DNA of 62,952 bases from NCBI GenBank assembly GCA_964531635.1, contig CAZHCZ010000003.1, positions 1 to 62,952 on the forward strand. The letters are read 5' to 3'. Both the position numbers and the translations under genes were made by a program. How positions within the stretch are numbered: position 1 is the stretch's first letter; every line of letters starts with the position of its first letter. Below the pieces are notes generated by a model that ran no database searches, had not been told where the DNA came from, and was given only the letters and a program-made list of their open reading frames with translations. Origin of the DNA: an uncultured Hyphomicrobiales bacterium (GTDB lineage: Bacteria > Pseudomonadota > Alphaproteobacteria > Rhizobiales > OSC116). Shown here one piece after another: positions 1 through 8,933 of this stretch.

Positions 1-546
1 AACCGAGGTTACACCGCGCGTAAAAAATGGCAAAGCTGCCCATAAAACAACAGGGGTAGCAAGGGCGAACTCTATATATAATAAGAGTTTTTCGCCTATC
101 CAATCGCGGATACCTAGACCAAAAAAAGGCCCCATGGTGACAATTAACAATGGAATAGCGGCAAATGCACTAACCCAAAAACGTCGGGTAAAGTCGATTA
201 ATTCATGGTTAGGCTCGTCGGATATGCCGCCCATTGGCTCTAATGCCATGCCACAAATTGGGCAAGTGCCTTGCCCTTCTTGTACAATTTCAGGATCCAT
301 CGGGCAGGTGTAAAGAGCGCCTTCTTGGGCTACGACTTTCTTTTTCTTATTGTTGCCTGTGGCATAAAAATAAGGGTCAATATCGAATTTATGATGGCAT
401 TTTTCACTGCAAAAATGATAAGTCTTATCATTATAATCTTTACTCATTTTACCAGCATTAAGCTTAACCGTCATGCCACAAACTGGGTCGATTACTGTGC
501 CATCTGCAGGGGCATGAGTGGAAGTTTTATGCTCATGATTTTTCAT
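1..546 (-). CDS. copA: Copper-translocating P1B-type ATPase (CopA-like), N-terminal part only; the gene runs off the left edge of the window
   Basis: Hand translation of the minus strand from ATG (546-544) stays open to position 1. It reads MKNHEHKTSTHAPADGTVIDPVCGMTVKLNAGKMSKDYNDKTYHFCSEKCHHKFDIDPYF (YHS/TRASH-type motif), then YTCPMDPEIVQEGQGTCPICGMALEP (CopA N-terminal metal-binding motif), then ATPVVLWAALPFFTRG (first TM hairpin of P1B ATPases). It is absent from the ORF track because no stop lies in the window. AAAGGTGA Shine-Dalgarno lies upstream. Confidence 0.8.
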   Translation of the reverse strand, partial: MKNHEHKTSTHAPADGTVIDPVCGMTVKLNAGKMSKDYNDKTYHFCSEKCHHKFDIDPYFYATGNNKKKKVVAQEGALYTCPMDPEIVQEGQGTCPICGMALEPMGGISDEPNHELIDFTRRFWVSAFAAIPLLIVTMGPFFGLGIRDWIGEKLLLYIEFALATPVVLWAALPFFTRGVTSV

Positions 547-576
547 ATTTTCACCTTTAATTGGGTATATAGAAAC

Positions 577-607
577 ACCATAGACCTTCCAGTAATAATA
601 AGGTCAA
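577..607 (-). promoter_or_regulatory. MerR/CueR-type promoter-operator of copA (-35 TTGACC, 19-nt spacer carrying a dyad, -10 TATGGT)
   Basis: The minus strand reads TTGACC-TTATTATTACTGGAAGGTC-TATGGT. The dyad ACCTT-N11-AAGGT spans the over-long 19-nt spacer, as in the E. coli copA promoter (TTGACCTTCC...CTGGAAGGT). The -10 element lies about 30 nt upstream of the copA ATG. Confidence 0.6.
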
Positions 608-806
608 GCATTAAATTAAAATTTCTACACAATGTTATAATCAAGTATGAGAAAAAATCGACACCATATCGAGGGGAAAAGAATGAATAAAAAATACATT
701 TTCTTACGAAGGAGGGCAAGTGCCCGACCGCGAAGCGAAGCAAGTGAACGAATGTTCACGCCCGCAGGGGCTTAACATAAACTAAAGAAGCAAAGCCGAC
801 TAGAAA

Positions 807-1556
807 CTAACCAAATAATGAATCAATATCATCTTGTGAGGAGCGAATAGCACCATCATCATCTAAGCCAGGGCCACTAAGCAAAGCATCATCGCCTGTC
901 TTTTTAACTATACTATCAGGTGATATGTCTAAGAAATTCTCTAACCCACCCCAAATTTCTATCATTTTGTCGATATGGGTTTCAATAAACTTCATTGTAT
1001 CCAAAACTTTATGAACACGCTGCCCCGTTAAGTCTTGGAAGTTACAGGCTTCAAATATTTTCATAGTCTGTTCCTGGATATCTAATACCATATCCTCATG
1101 TTTACTACCCGATAAAGCAGCAGCAAGATCACGCGCATCAGCATCAATGCTTTCGGCGGCTGTTAATATATCATCCGTCGCTTTTTCGGTCGCCACAACC
1201 ACGGCATCTAACTCATTTGCAACTTTCACATCGGTATTATCAGCAAAATTAGTATGGTGTAATGTTGCAATTTCACGTTTTGTACTGGCAATAGATTCAG
1301 AAATTTTAGCCATTTCAGCGCGCAGATTCTGTGCTTCGGCTAATTCTTGTTTAAAATCAATTAAAAACTGCTTTTCAGCTCCGCTATTGTCTGTATTTAC
1401 GTTGCTAGGTACCGATAGCCCACCCGATTTTAAGTCGGCAAGAGCATCCATTATTTCTTTATGGCGCGAGGTATCATCTGTAGCAACGACAAGTTCACCA
1501 TCGTCTAAAGGGTTATTACGTTCAATGCGAAAAACACGTCTTTGAGCTGCTCTCAT
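807..1556 (-). CDS. cheZ: CheZ-like CheY-P phosphatase
   Basis: 249-aa ORF. The core EACNFQDLTGQRVHKVLDTM matches the CheZ catalytic-region motif (..FQDLTGQ..). The C-terminus SSQDDIDSLFG resembles the CheY-binding tail of CheZ (..DDLLDSLGF). Confidence 0.7.
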   Translation of the reverse strand: MRAAQRRVFRIERNNPLDDGELVVATDDTSRHKEIMDALADLKSGGLSVPSNVNTDNSGAEKQFLIDFKQELAEAQNLRAEMAKISESIASTKREIATLHHTNFADNTDVKVANELDAVVVATEKATDDILTAAESIDADARDLAAALSGSKHEDMVLDIQEQTMKIFEACNFQDLTGQRVHKVLDTMKFIETHIDKMIEIWGGLENFLDISPDSIVKKTGDDALLSGPGLDDDGAIRSSQDDIDSLFG

Positions 1557-1683
1557 ATATCTCTACCACTGTTGCTAATTTAAAAGATTTACTTAATAAT
1601 ATTAATTTTCACTTATAAATTTACTAAAGATTAATTAAAAAATTGTTTACAAAACAACTTCATTTTGCAAATATCAAAATTAT

Positions 1684-2280
1684 ATGTATAAAAATTTATT
1701 TAAAAAACGGTCTAAAATTCTTGGTTTATTAACCGCAATATTTTTAATTGCAGTATTTTTTAACGTCGATTTTAGCAATGAAAAACCGCCAATTGACGAA
1801 AAAGCTACAACCATTAATATTTTACCAAAGGCTAAATATACAAAAACAGGGTTCGTGAAAATTGTCGATGGCGACAGTCTGCAATTTGGCAACAAGCAAA
1901 ATCAGGTTCGGCTATTTGCCATCGACAGCCCCGAGCTTGCCCAAAAATGCACAAAAAATAATAAAAGCTGGCAATGCGGCACTGCGGCTAAACAAGCATT
2001 AGAACGTAAAATAAACAACCAAAAAGTAATCTGTATTGGCAATGAAAAAGACAAGCATGGGCGCATTATAGCCACATGCTATTTGCCTTTAAACCAAGCC
2101 ACAACACAGGTTTATCAAAATTTAAATGCGTGGATGGTTAAGAGCGGTTGGGCAACGGCCTATGTTTATTATTCTAGGCTCTATATTGCCGAACAAAAAC
2201 ACGCCAAACAAAATAAACTTGGTATTTGGCAAGGTGAGTTTTTAGAGCCATTTAAATGGCGTAAAAACAACAGCCGTTAG
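1684..2280 (+). CDS. Thermonuclease (staphylococcal nuclease, SNase-like) family protein with N-terminal TM/signal anchor
   Basis: 198 aa. N-terminal hydrophobic segment LGLLTAIFLIAVFF, then VDGDSLQF...VRLFAIDSPEL...HGRIIATCYL...LNAWMVKSGWATAY...AKQNKLGIWQG, the typical SNase fold motifs. Confidence 0.75.
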   Translation: MYKNLFKKRSKILGLLTAIFLIAVFFNVDFSNEKPPIDEKATTINILPKAKYTKTGFVKIVDGDSLQFGNKQNQVRLFAIDSPELAQKCTKNNKSWQCGTAAKQALERKINNQKVICIGNEKDKHGRIIATCYLPLNQATTQVYQNLNAWMVKSGWATAYVYYSRLYIAEQKHAKQNKLGIWQGEFLEPFKWRKNNSR

Positions 2281-2288
2281 AGCCTGAT

Positions 2289-2777
2289 CTAAATTACAAT
2301 ATAAGATTGCGGAATATTTAGCGTAATGCTTGTTGCTTGGTTAATGCCTGGTTGAATTTTCATGCTGCCAAAATGCATACGCATATAAATATCAACCAAA
2401 CTCAACCCAGTGGCTTTGTTATCATGCACTTGTTGGTTTATAATTGTGTTTAACTTACTCGCCTCTATACCGCCGCCTTCATCATCAACACGGATATAAA
2501 AATCACCATTAACGTTTAACCCTGCTAAAATACTAATTGTGCTTTTGGCTTTTGAATGTTTAATTGCATTTTCTACAACTGTAAAAATTGCATATTTAAT
2601 TTTTTCTATATCAACTTTTAATGTTATTTTTGTATTTTCAACCTCACAATATAAATCTACTATTTTATTAATCGCGTGGCTTTTTACTTCATTTAACGGT
2701 ACTTGCAACAAGTGCAATACATTCACTTCACTTATATTTAAAAATTTATCGTCTGTTTCAAGTGCAAGATTATTCAT
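2289..2777 (-). CDS. Stand-alone histidine-kinase-like ATPase (HATPase_c) domain protein with no DHp/HisKA domain
   Basis: 162 aa with N box VVENAIKHS, G1 box VDDEGGGI and G2-like ATGLSLV. No phospho-acceptor His region and no upstream in-frame extension. The size is similar to RsbW/SpoIIAB-type kinases. Confidence 0.55.
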   Translation of the reverse strand: MNNLALETDDKFLNISEVNVLHLLQVPLNEVKSHAINKIVDLYCEVENTKITLKVDIEKIKYAIFTVVENAIKHSKAKSTISILAGLNVNGDFYIRVDDEGGGIEASKLNTIINQQVHDNKATGLSLVDIYMRMHFGSMKIQPGINQATSITLNIPQSYIVI

Positions 2778-2933
2778 ATATACCCCCAGTTAGATGTCTA
2801 GTCGTTTTTTAAACTCCTAGTAGTATATGATGAAATTATTATCCTGCTGATAAGAAGGCTGGTTAAAAATGAACTTTTTTTATACCCTAAATTGATTTAA
2901 AATTTAGCGTCATAAAGTAATATTATATTAATA

Positions 2934-5282
2934 TTATTTTTTAGATTTGTTTCTTTTTCTACGCTCATAATTATAAATAATACGCATGGCAGATGGCAGT
3001 AATAATGTATCGGTAAATAACGCGGTCATAACCAACATCATAAGCAAAACGCCATAAAGCTTAATAAGCGGCATTTCACTAACCACAACAATACCAATGC
3101 CAAAACCCAATACCAATGATGTGACCACCAGAACAGATGTAACACTATCCATTGTTACTTTTAACGCCTTTTCAATGTCCAAGCCATCGGAAATTGCACG
3201 GTTAAATCGGTGAACAATATGAATGGTGTTATCGACCGCAATGCCAAAGCCGATGGTAAACGCCACCACCGAGGTGAATTGCAACCCAGCGTTCATAAAA
3301 TACAAATATAAACCCGCTAAACCAATAGGAATAAGGTTGGCGATAAGTGTAAATATGCCTGCATAAACCGACCGAAAAGCAATGGCGACCAAAAACACCC
3401 CGCCCATAATTGCCAGCAATAGGCTATAATTAAGCGCGTATATCATATCGTAGCTAGATTTGGCGGTAAGCGGAAGAATACCAGTAACATGAAGCGTCGC
3501 AAACGGGTATTTTTCTTCGAGCTGTTTTAAATTTTTTGTTAGCAGCTGTAAGTCGGGCAGTAATGCCGATGCATCAGTATCAGGTAAAAGCCCAAGAACT
3601 AAGCTTTGTTTATCATCTTCTCTCAATAGTCCACTAAAAATATCAGTATTATTATCGACAAATTCATAAAAGCCATCAACGGTTTTATCGGCTGTATTTT
3701 TCTGCACATATTCTCTTAAAGTTGCTAAGGATAATGTTTGTTTTACAAATTTTGTTTGCAACAGCTGCTCTTCAACATCTTTATAAAGAGCAAATGTTTG
3801 TTCATTGCGTAAATTATAATCTTTATCAAATTCAATAAAAATTCGAATTTCATTGCTACCCGCTAATTTTTCTTCAATGCGTGTAACCCCAATAAAAGCT
3901 TGGTTGTTTTGCGGAAGATTGTCTAAATAACGGTATCTGGTTTCATTTTGTACATAAAACGCACCCAAAACAACCATCAATATTATAGATGCAATAGTAA
4001 TTTGTTTTGACCATCTCATAAATAATATTTTGCAAAAGTCGGTATATCTGTCTAAAATTCGATGTATAAACGGATGCCTATAGCCATCACTCGCTGCAGT
4101 AACAACGGGGTTTAGATTCATTTTTTTAGGTAAAATAAGTTTCCCAAGCGCAGGTATAAGAGTAAGAGTAACCACAAAGGCAAAACCCGTACCAAGCGCG
4201 CTAATAAGCCCAAATTTACTAATAATAGGGTGTTGTGCCATAAGCAACGAAACCATAGCAATGCCAGTGGTTAATGAGGTCAAAACACAAGCTGGGCCGA
4301 CATGTTTTATAGTTTCTCTAATCGCCAAATCGCGTTCAAACCCCTGCTCCATACGCCGCCTTATACCATAGACCAAATGCATACTATCGCAAAAAGAAAT
4401 AACCATAATAAGCAGCGGTGCAATGTTGGATAGAACGTCCATCTCAATGTCAAACCAGCCAAATGTACCGCGCATGGTAAACATTGCCACCACCGTGGGT
4501 AAGCCTGCTAAAAGTACAAATTTAAGCCGCCTAAAATAAACATAGGATATAAAAAACCCAAACAATATGCCTGCATAAGTAAAAATGGCTTGATCATAAA
4601 GCATATAGCCAATAATTTCGGCCTTAAAAATACCAACACCTGACATTTCTAAACTTAGGCTCTCATCGCCCATTTTTTCTTGCGCAAATTCCAACAATTC
4701 AGTACGCAAACCTAGCAATGCTAAACGCTCAGCATTGTCTTTGCCTTCGCCCGCTTTAGCGCTTACCTTGGGCGGAATAATATTAATTATAAATAAAACA
4801 AGTTCGCCATCTTTTGATAATAATTTTTGCCCAACCAACGGGTGTGTTTGCGCTTTCTGTAATACACTGTCTACATTATCAGCGGTTATTTCTGCTGGAA
4901 ATAATGCACCAATATTGCCATCGGCATCGGGGAAGTCACGCATAGAAAATGGCGAAATAACACCTTTTATTCTATCATCAAATTCAAGCTCTAATTGCAG
5001 GTTGCTTAGCTTTTCAATATTTTTAGGTGTTGTTAAGTTTTTACCCGAAATTGTTAATAACATTTCATTGTTATTGGGGTTGAATATTTTTTCAACCCTT
5101 TCAAACAGGCTAAATTCGGCGTTGTTACTTTTAAACATATCAGTAACATTCGAATTGAACACAATTCTATCTTGCCCAAACCACATAAACACAGTGATGG
5201 CAGCAATTATTATTAATGTTAAAACTGAATATTTATGTGAAAAATACCCAATAGATTCTAAACGGAATCTTTTTTTACTCAT
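2934..5282 (-). CDS. MMPL/RND-superfamily (HpnN-like) membrane transporter
   Basis: 782 aa with two blocks of about 6 TM helices separated by large soluble loops. Motifs such as FCDSMHLVYGIRR and GFGIAVDNTIHIVHRF are typical of sterol-sensing/MMPL-type RND exporters. It is a paralog of 39474..41774. Confidence 0.7.
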   Translation of the reverse strand: MSKKRFRLESIGYFSHKYSVLTLIIIAAITVFMWFGQDRIVFNSNVTDMFKSNNAEFSLFERVEKIFNPNNNEMLLTISGKNLTTPKNIEKLSNLQLELEFDDRIKGVISPFSMRDFPDADGNIGALFPAEITADNVDSVLQKAQTHPLVGQKLLSKDGELVLFIINIIPPKVSAKAGEGKDNAERLALLGLRTELLEFAQEKMGDESLSLEMSGVGIFKAEIIGYMLYDQAIFTYAGILFGFFISYVYFRRLKFVLLAGLPTVVAMFTMRGTFGWFDIEMDVLSNIAPLLIMVISFCDSMHLVYGIRRRMEQGFERDLAIRETIKHVGPACVLTSLTTGIAMVSLLMAQHPIISKFGLISALGTGFAFVVTLTLIPALGKLILPKKMNLNPVVTAASDGYRHPFIHRILDRYTDFCKILFMRWSKQITIASIILMVVLGAFYVQNETRYRYLDNLPQNNQAFIGVTRIEEKLAGSNEIRIFIEFDKDYNLRNEQTFALYKDVEEQLLQTKFVKQTLSLATLREYVQKNTADKTVDGFYEFVDNNTDIFSGLLREDDKQSLVLGLLPDTDASALLPDLQLLTKNLKQLEEKYPFATLHVTGILPLTAKSSYDMIYALNYSLLLAIMGGVFLVAIAFRSVYAGIFTLIANLIPIGLAGLYLYFMNAGLQFTSVVAFTIGFGIAVDNTIHIVHRFNRAISDGLDIEKALKVTMDSVTSVLVVTSLVLGFGIGIVVVSEMPLIKLYGVLLMMLVMTALFTDTLLLPSAMRIIYNYERRKRNKSKK

Positions 5283-5578
5283 AATGACACAAATTATTAA
5301 AACTTAAGATTACTAGCTCGGCTTATCAGCCTAGCATAAATATATAATAAAATTAGAAAAAAATTCTATTATTAACAAGTCTATAAAAACTCAGCTTGAT
5401 TATAGAAAACCTCTAGCCACTCAATTGATACGCCTTTAATGTTAATGCGTGCAAAAGTTTAAATATTTTTATTGTTTTTAGCGTTTATATTGAAAATATC
5501 TAACGTTAATTTGCAACTGCCTTATTTATTTGTTAATACTCCTAATCAACTGTTTGGTAAACTGAAAGACTTGTACAT

Positions 5579-6955
5579 ATGAACTTTATTTTGGCGGCGG
5601 ATAGTTACAAAACATCGCATTATAAACAATATCCTAATAATACGCAGATTGTTTCGAGCTATATAGAATCACGCGGGGGCGAGCAGCCACGGGTGCTGTT
5701 TTTTGGGCTGCAAATGTTTATTAAAGAATATCTAATGAAGCCCATAAGCCAAGCCGATATTGACGAAGCGCAAGACGTCATTACTGCCCATGGGTTGCCT
5801 TTTAACCGCCAAGGTTGGCAATATATACTCGATAAACATGCAGGCTTTTTGCCGTTAGAAATTCAAGCCCTAAAAGAAGGGTCGTTGTTGCCATTTAGAA
5901 ATGTAATGGTGCAAGTTAAAAACACTGACCCAAATTGTTTTTGGCTAACAAGCTACATTGAAACCGCCCTTTTACGCGCGGTTTGGTACCCAACAACTGT
6001 AGCAACACGCAGCCATTATATTTATCAGGATATTAAAAAATTTCTAGAACTAACGGCCGATAATTTAGACGGATTGCCCTTTAAATTACACGATTTTGGC
6101 GCACGTGGGGTAAGCTCGCTCGAAACCGCTTCCATTGGCGGGCTGGCGCATTTGATTAACTTTATGGGCAGTGATAGCATGACGAGCCTTATTTACGGTC
6201 GTAAATTTTATAATATCGACATGGCTGGTTTTTCAATACCAGCGGCTGAACATAGCACAATTACATCTTGGGGGCGTGACCACGAAAAAGATGCCTACGA
6301 AAATATGATAGACCAATTTGCAGGTAAGGATAAAATGGTCGCTGTGGTCAGCGACAGTTACAATCTTTGGCACGCAATCGACCAAATTTGGGGCGAAGAG
6401 CTTAAAGAAAAAGTAGAAAAAAATGGCGGAACTATTATTATCCGACCCGATAGCGGCGACCCAATTTTAATCGTTACTGAAACTATTATCAAGCTTATGG
6501 ATAAATTTGGGTTTAGCATAAACTCTAAAGGCTTTAAGCTGTTACCACCCTATATTCGGGTTATTCAAGGCGATGGCGTATCGGCTTTAGTTATTAATGA
6601 TATTTTGCAAAAACTATATGACTTAGGAATTAGTGCCGACAATTTGGCATTCGGCATGGGCGCTGAACTGGTGCAGAAAGTAGACAGAGATAATTTTCAA
6701 TTTGCAATGAAAGTTTCAGCCGCGCAAATTGATAATACATGGTATGATGTGTATAAAGACCCAATTACCGACCATCATAAACAATCAAAGCGCGGGCGGT
6801 TCGCAGTCATAAAATCGGGTAAGGACAGTTGTATTACAATTTCTGAGAAAAGCTTAGGCAGCAACAAAAATTTATTAGAAACAGTTTATAAAAATGGCAA
6901 ACTTTTACGGTCACAAAGTTTCGATGAAATTAGAAAATTAGCGTTAGGAAAATAA
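5579..6955 (+). CDS. nadV: Nicotinamide phosphoribosyltransferase (NAMPT/NadV)
   Basis: 458 aa. N-terminus NFILAADSYKTSHYKQYP and internal DFGARGVSS and RPDSGDP motifs are characteristic of NadV/NAMPT. Confidence 0.85.
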   Translation: MNFILAADSYKTSHYKQYPNNTQIVSSYIESRGGEQPRVLFFGLQMFIKEYLMKPISQADIDEAQDVITAHGLPFNRQGWQYILDKHAGFLPLEIQALKEGSLLPFRNVMVQVKNTDPNCFWLTSYIETALLRAVWYPTTVATRSHYIYQDIKKFLELTADNLDGLPFKLHDFGARGVSSLETASIGGLAHLINFMGSDSMTSLIYGRKFYNIDMAGFSIPAAEHSTITSWGRDHEKDAYENMIDQFAGKDKMVAVVSDSYNLWHAIDQIWGEELKEKVEKNGGTIIIRPDSGDPILIVTETIIKLMDKFGFSINSKGFKLLPPYIRVIQGDGVSALVINDILQKLYDLGISADNLAFGMGAELVQKVDRDNFQFAMKVSAAQIDNTWYDVYKDPITDHHKQSKRGRFAVIKSGKDSCITISEKSLGSNKNLLETVYKNGKLLRSQSFDEIRKLALGK

Positions 6956-6959
6956 AAAT

Positions 6960-7163
6960 ATGTTAGAGTTATTGTTTAAAAAGAAATATAGCAAATTGGG
7001 TTTTATGTTCGGCTTATTGCTCTCATCTGTCTCTGTTACCTTATTGTTTATTATATTTGTTGGACCCTCTTTAATGGCCTATATTTTTGGTGGAATATTT
7101 TGGATAACGGGGCGATATTTCTACAATAGAATTGCAGCGATAGTTAACAAAGTTGCCAAATAG
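6960..7163 (+). CDS. Small two-TM membrane protein, hypothetical
   Basis: 67-aa ORF starting 4 nt after the nadV stop, with two hydrophobic helices. No recognisable family. Confidence 0.35.
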   Translation: MLELLFKKKYSKLGFMFGLLLSSVSVTLLFIIFVGPSLMAYIFGGIFWITGRYFYNRIAAIVNKVAK

Positions 7164-7164
7164 T

Positions 7165-7731
7165 ATGATTGTTCAAAAACAACTGACATTGCGCGAATTT
7201 TACACCCAACATTTAGCCGATATTAAAAGTTTAAGCGACAACTGCCTTTGGGATAATGAGTTTTACTCTGCTAGTGGCGCATTAGAATTGCTTAATGGCG
7301 TTTGTAAAAGCGATGGCGAAACTGTGCAAGTTTTCGCATTATTTGAGCAAGAAAAACTCATTGCCGCTTTTCCCTATGCGGTGCAAAACAACCGCTGGTT
7401 GCTGCCTATCAAAGCCTATATCATGTGGTGGGATGTCGAAATTGCTAACAACACCCCACTCATCGACAAAAATTATCACGACATTGCCTTTTTACATATT
7501 GGGCAGTTTTTGCAAAAAAATGGCGGTATTTTCCTTATTCACACTTGCCCAGATAAACAATTTATAAAGGCTATAGATAAAAAATATGTGGATATTAAGC
7601 TTACTTATAACCATTCTAAAAACACTTATAAAATATTCATAAACCATTCAAATACAACAGGTTCTGTTAAATTAATTTGGGCTAATAGCATTGAAATATT
7701 ACGCTTAAAAATTAGAGCAATTCTAAGCTAA
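7165..7731 (+). CDS. Hypothetical protein, possibly the N-terminal half of a CelD/BcsL-like (FemAB-type GNAT) protein
   Basis: ORF 7153..7731, with the first ATG at 7165. Weak resemblance only (aromatic-rich N-terminal region of CelD-like acyltransferases). Its length (~188 aa) is about half that of that family. Confidence 0.35.
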   Translation: MIVQKQLTLREFYTQHLADIKSLSDNCLWDNEFYSASGALELLNGVCKSDGETVQVFALFEQEKLIAAFPYAVQNNRWLLPIKAYIMWWDVEIANNTPLIDKNYHDIAFLHIGQFLQKNGGIFLIHTCPDKQFIKAIDKKYVDIKLTYNHSKNTYKIFINHSNTTGSVKLIWANSIEILRLKIRAILS

Positions 7732-7783
7732 AAGATTTGTTAAAATCCTCACTTGACTTTAAATGGTAATAAGCCTTAGTGAA

Positions 7784-7802
7784 GATGCTAATAATTATCA
7801 AT
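7784..7802. promoter_or_regulatory. Fur-box-like AT-rich dyad upstream of the Fe(3+)-binding protein gene
   Basis: GATGCTAATAATTATCAAT matches the classical Fur box GATAATGATAATCATTATC at about 12/19 positions. It sits 22 nt upstream of the preferred ATG at 7824. Confidence 0.35.
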
Positions 7803-7823
7803 TACATCTTTAGAGGAATTCTA

Positions 7824-8858
7824 ATGTACAAACCCTTACAAAAATCTATGGTCGCCGCCGCAGCATTTGCTGCAGTTATTGCTCCAACCTTTGCCGCCGC
7901 ATCAGAGGAAAGCATCAATGTTTATTCTTACCGCCAACCATTTTTAATACAACCATTTGTTGATGCGTTTAAAGCAGATACGGGCATAAATGTTAATATT
8001 GTTTTTGCTAAAAAAGGTTTTGTTGAAAAAATAAAAGCTGCCAAAGGCAAAGACAGTGCTGACCTTCTTTTAACTGTCGATATTGGTCGGCTTGTGGCTT
8101 CTCTAGATGCAGACATTGCCGAACCCATTTCAAGCGATATTTTAACGGCAAATATCCCTGCCAATTTACGTGACCCAGATGGCAAGTGGTTTGCAATTAG
8201 CCTTCGTACTCGTGTGATTTATGCTTCTAAAGAACGTGTTGCGCAAGATAATATTACTTATGAAGAATTAGCTGATCCCAAATGGAAGGGCAAAATCTGT
8301 ATTCGTTCTGGTCAAAATCTCTACAACCTCGGGCTTTTCTCTTCGATGATTGCTCATAATGGCGAAGAAGCTACGCAAAAATGGCTAGAAGGTCTCAAGG
8401 CCAATCTTGCTCGTACACCTAAGGGTAATGATCGCGCGCAGGCACAAGGTATTTTTAATGGTGAATGTGATATTGCCATCGCCAATGCCTATTATATGGG
8501 TAAAATGATAACCAACGAGAAAAATCCTGAGCAAAAAGACTGGGCGAACTCTATTAAAGTTTTATACCCAAATGTTGATGGTCGCGGATCGCACGTAAAT
8601 GTATCGGGTGTTGTGGTGATTAAAGGTTCTAAAAACCAAGCCAACGCCATTAAATTTGCCGAATATCTTGTAAGTGATAAAGTTCAAGCCATGTATGCTG
8701 AAGCTAATTTTGAACGCCCAGTAAAACCTGGAGTACCGGTTTCTGATTTAGTCAAGAGTTGGGGAGAATTTAAAGGCGATAGCCTACCAGTTAGCACAGT
8801 TGCCAAAAACCTCAAACGTGCCAGTGAATTGGTTGATATTGTTAATTTTGACAATTAA
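7824..8858 (+). CDS. fbpA: Fe(3+) ABC transporter periplasmic substrate-binding protein (FbpA/AfuA family)
   Basis: The ORF opens at 7779, but ATG 7824 follows AGAGG (7812-7816) and yields a signal peptide MYKPLQKSMVAAAAFAAVIAPTFAAA. The mature part INVYSYRQPFLIQPFVDAFKADTGINVN is typical of ferric-binding proteins. Confidence 0.8.
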   Translation: MYKPLQKSMVAAAAFAAVIAPTFAAASEESINVYSYRQPFLIQPFVDAFKADTGINVNIVFAKKGFVEKIKAAKGKDSADLLLTVDIGRLVASLDADIAEPISSDILTANIPANLRDPDGKWFAISLRTRVIYASKERVAQDNITYEELADPKWKGKICIRSGQNLYNLGLFSSMIAHNGEEATQKWLEGLKANLARTPKGNDRAQAQGIFNGECDIAIANAYYMGKMITNEKNPEQKDWANSIKVLYPNVDGRGSHVNVSGVVVIKGSKNQANAIKFAEYLVSDKVQAMYAEANFERPVKPGVPVSDLVKSWGEFKGDSLPVSTVAKNLKRASELVDIVNFDN

Positions 8859-8884
8859 CTTTATAATAAAATTATGATATATAA

Positions 8885-8916
8885 GAAAAGTCGGGCAAGC
8901 GCGCGGCTTTTCTTTT
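8885..8916 (+). terminator. Intra-operon hairpin plus T-run (attenuator/terminator) between fbpA and fbpB
   Basis: GAAAAGTCG-N10-CGGCTTTTC (one G.U pair) followed by TTTT. SBP genes are often followed by such partial terminators. Confidence 0.5.
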
Positions 8917-8933
8917 AACATACGTCCATTTAT

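Noticed and set aside
234-690. Plus-strand ORFs 234..461 and 271..690 in the ORF track
   Set aside because: They lie antisense to the clearly homologous copA N-terminus (minus strand, 546-1) and have no recognisable features of their own. They are shadow ORFs.
1147-1545. Antisense ORFs inside well-supported genes (for example 1147..1545, 4735..5307, 10692..11180, 12241..12741, 17403..17846, 20033..20425, 38438..39037, 39650..40033)
   Set aside because: Each lies fully within a longer ORF on the other strand that has strong family motifs. Their compositions are low-complexity (Ser/Leu/Ile-rich), typical of shadow frames.
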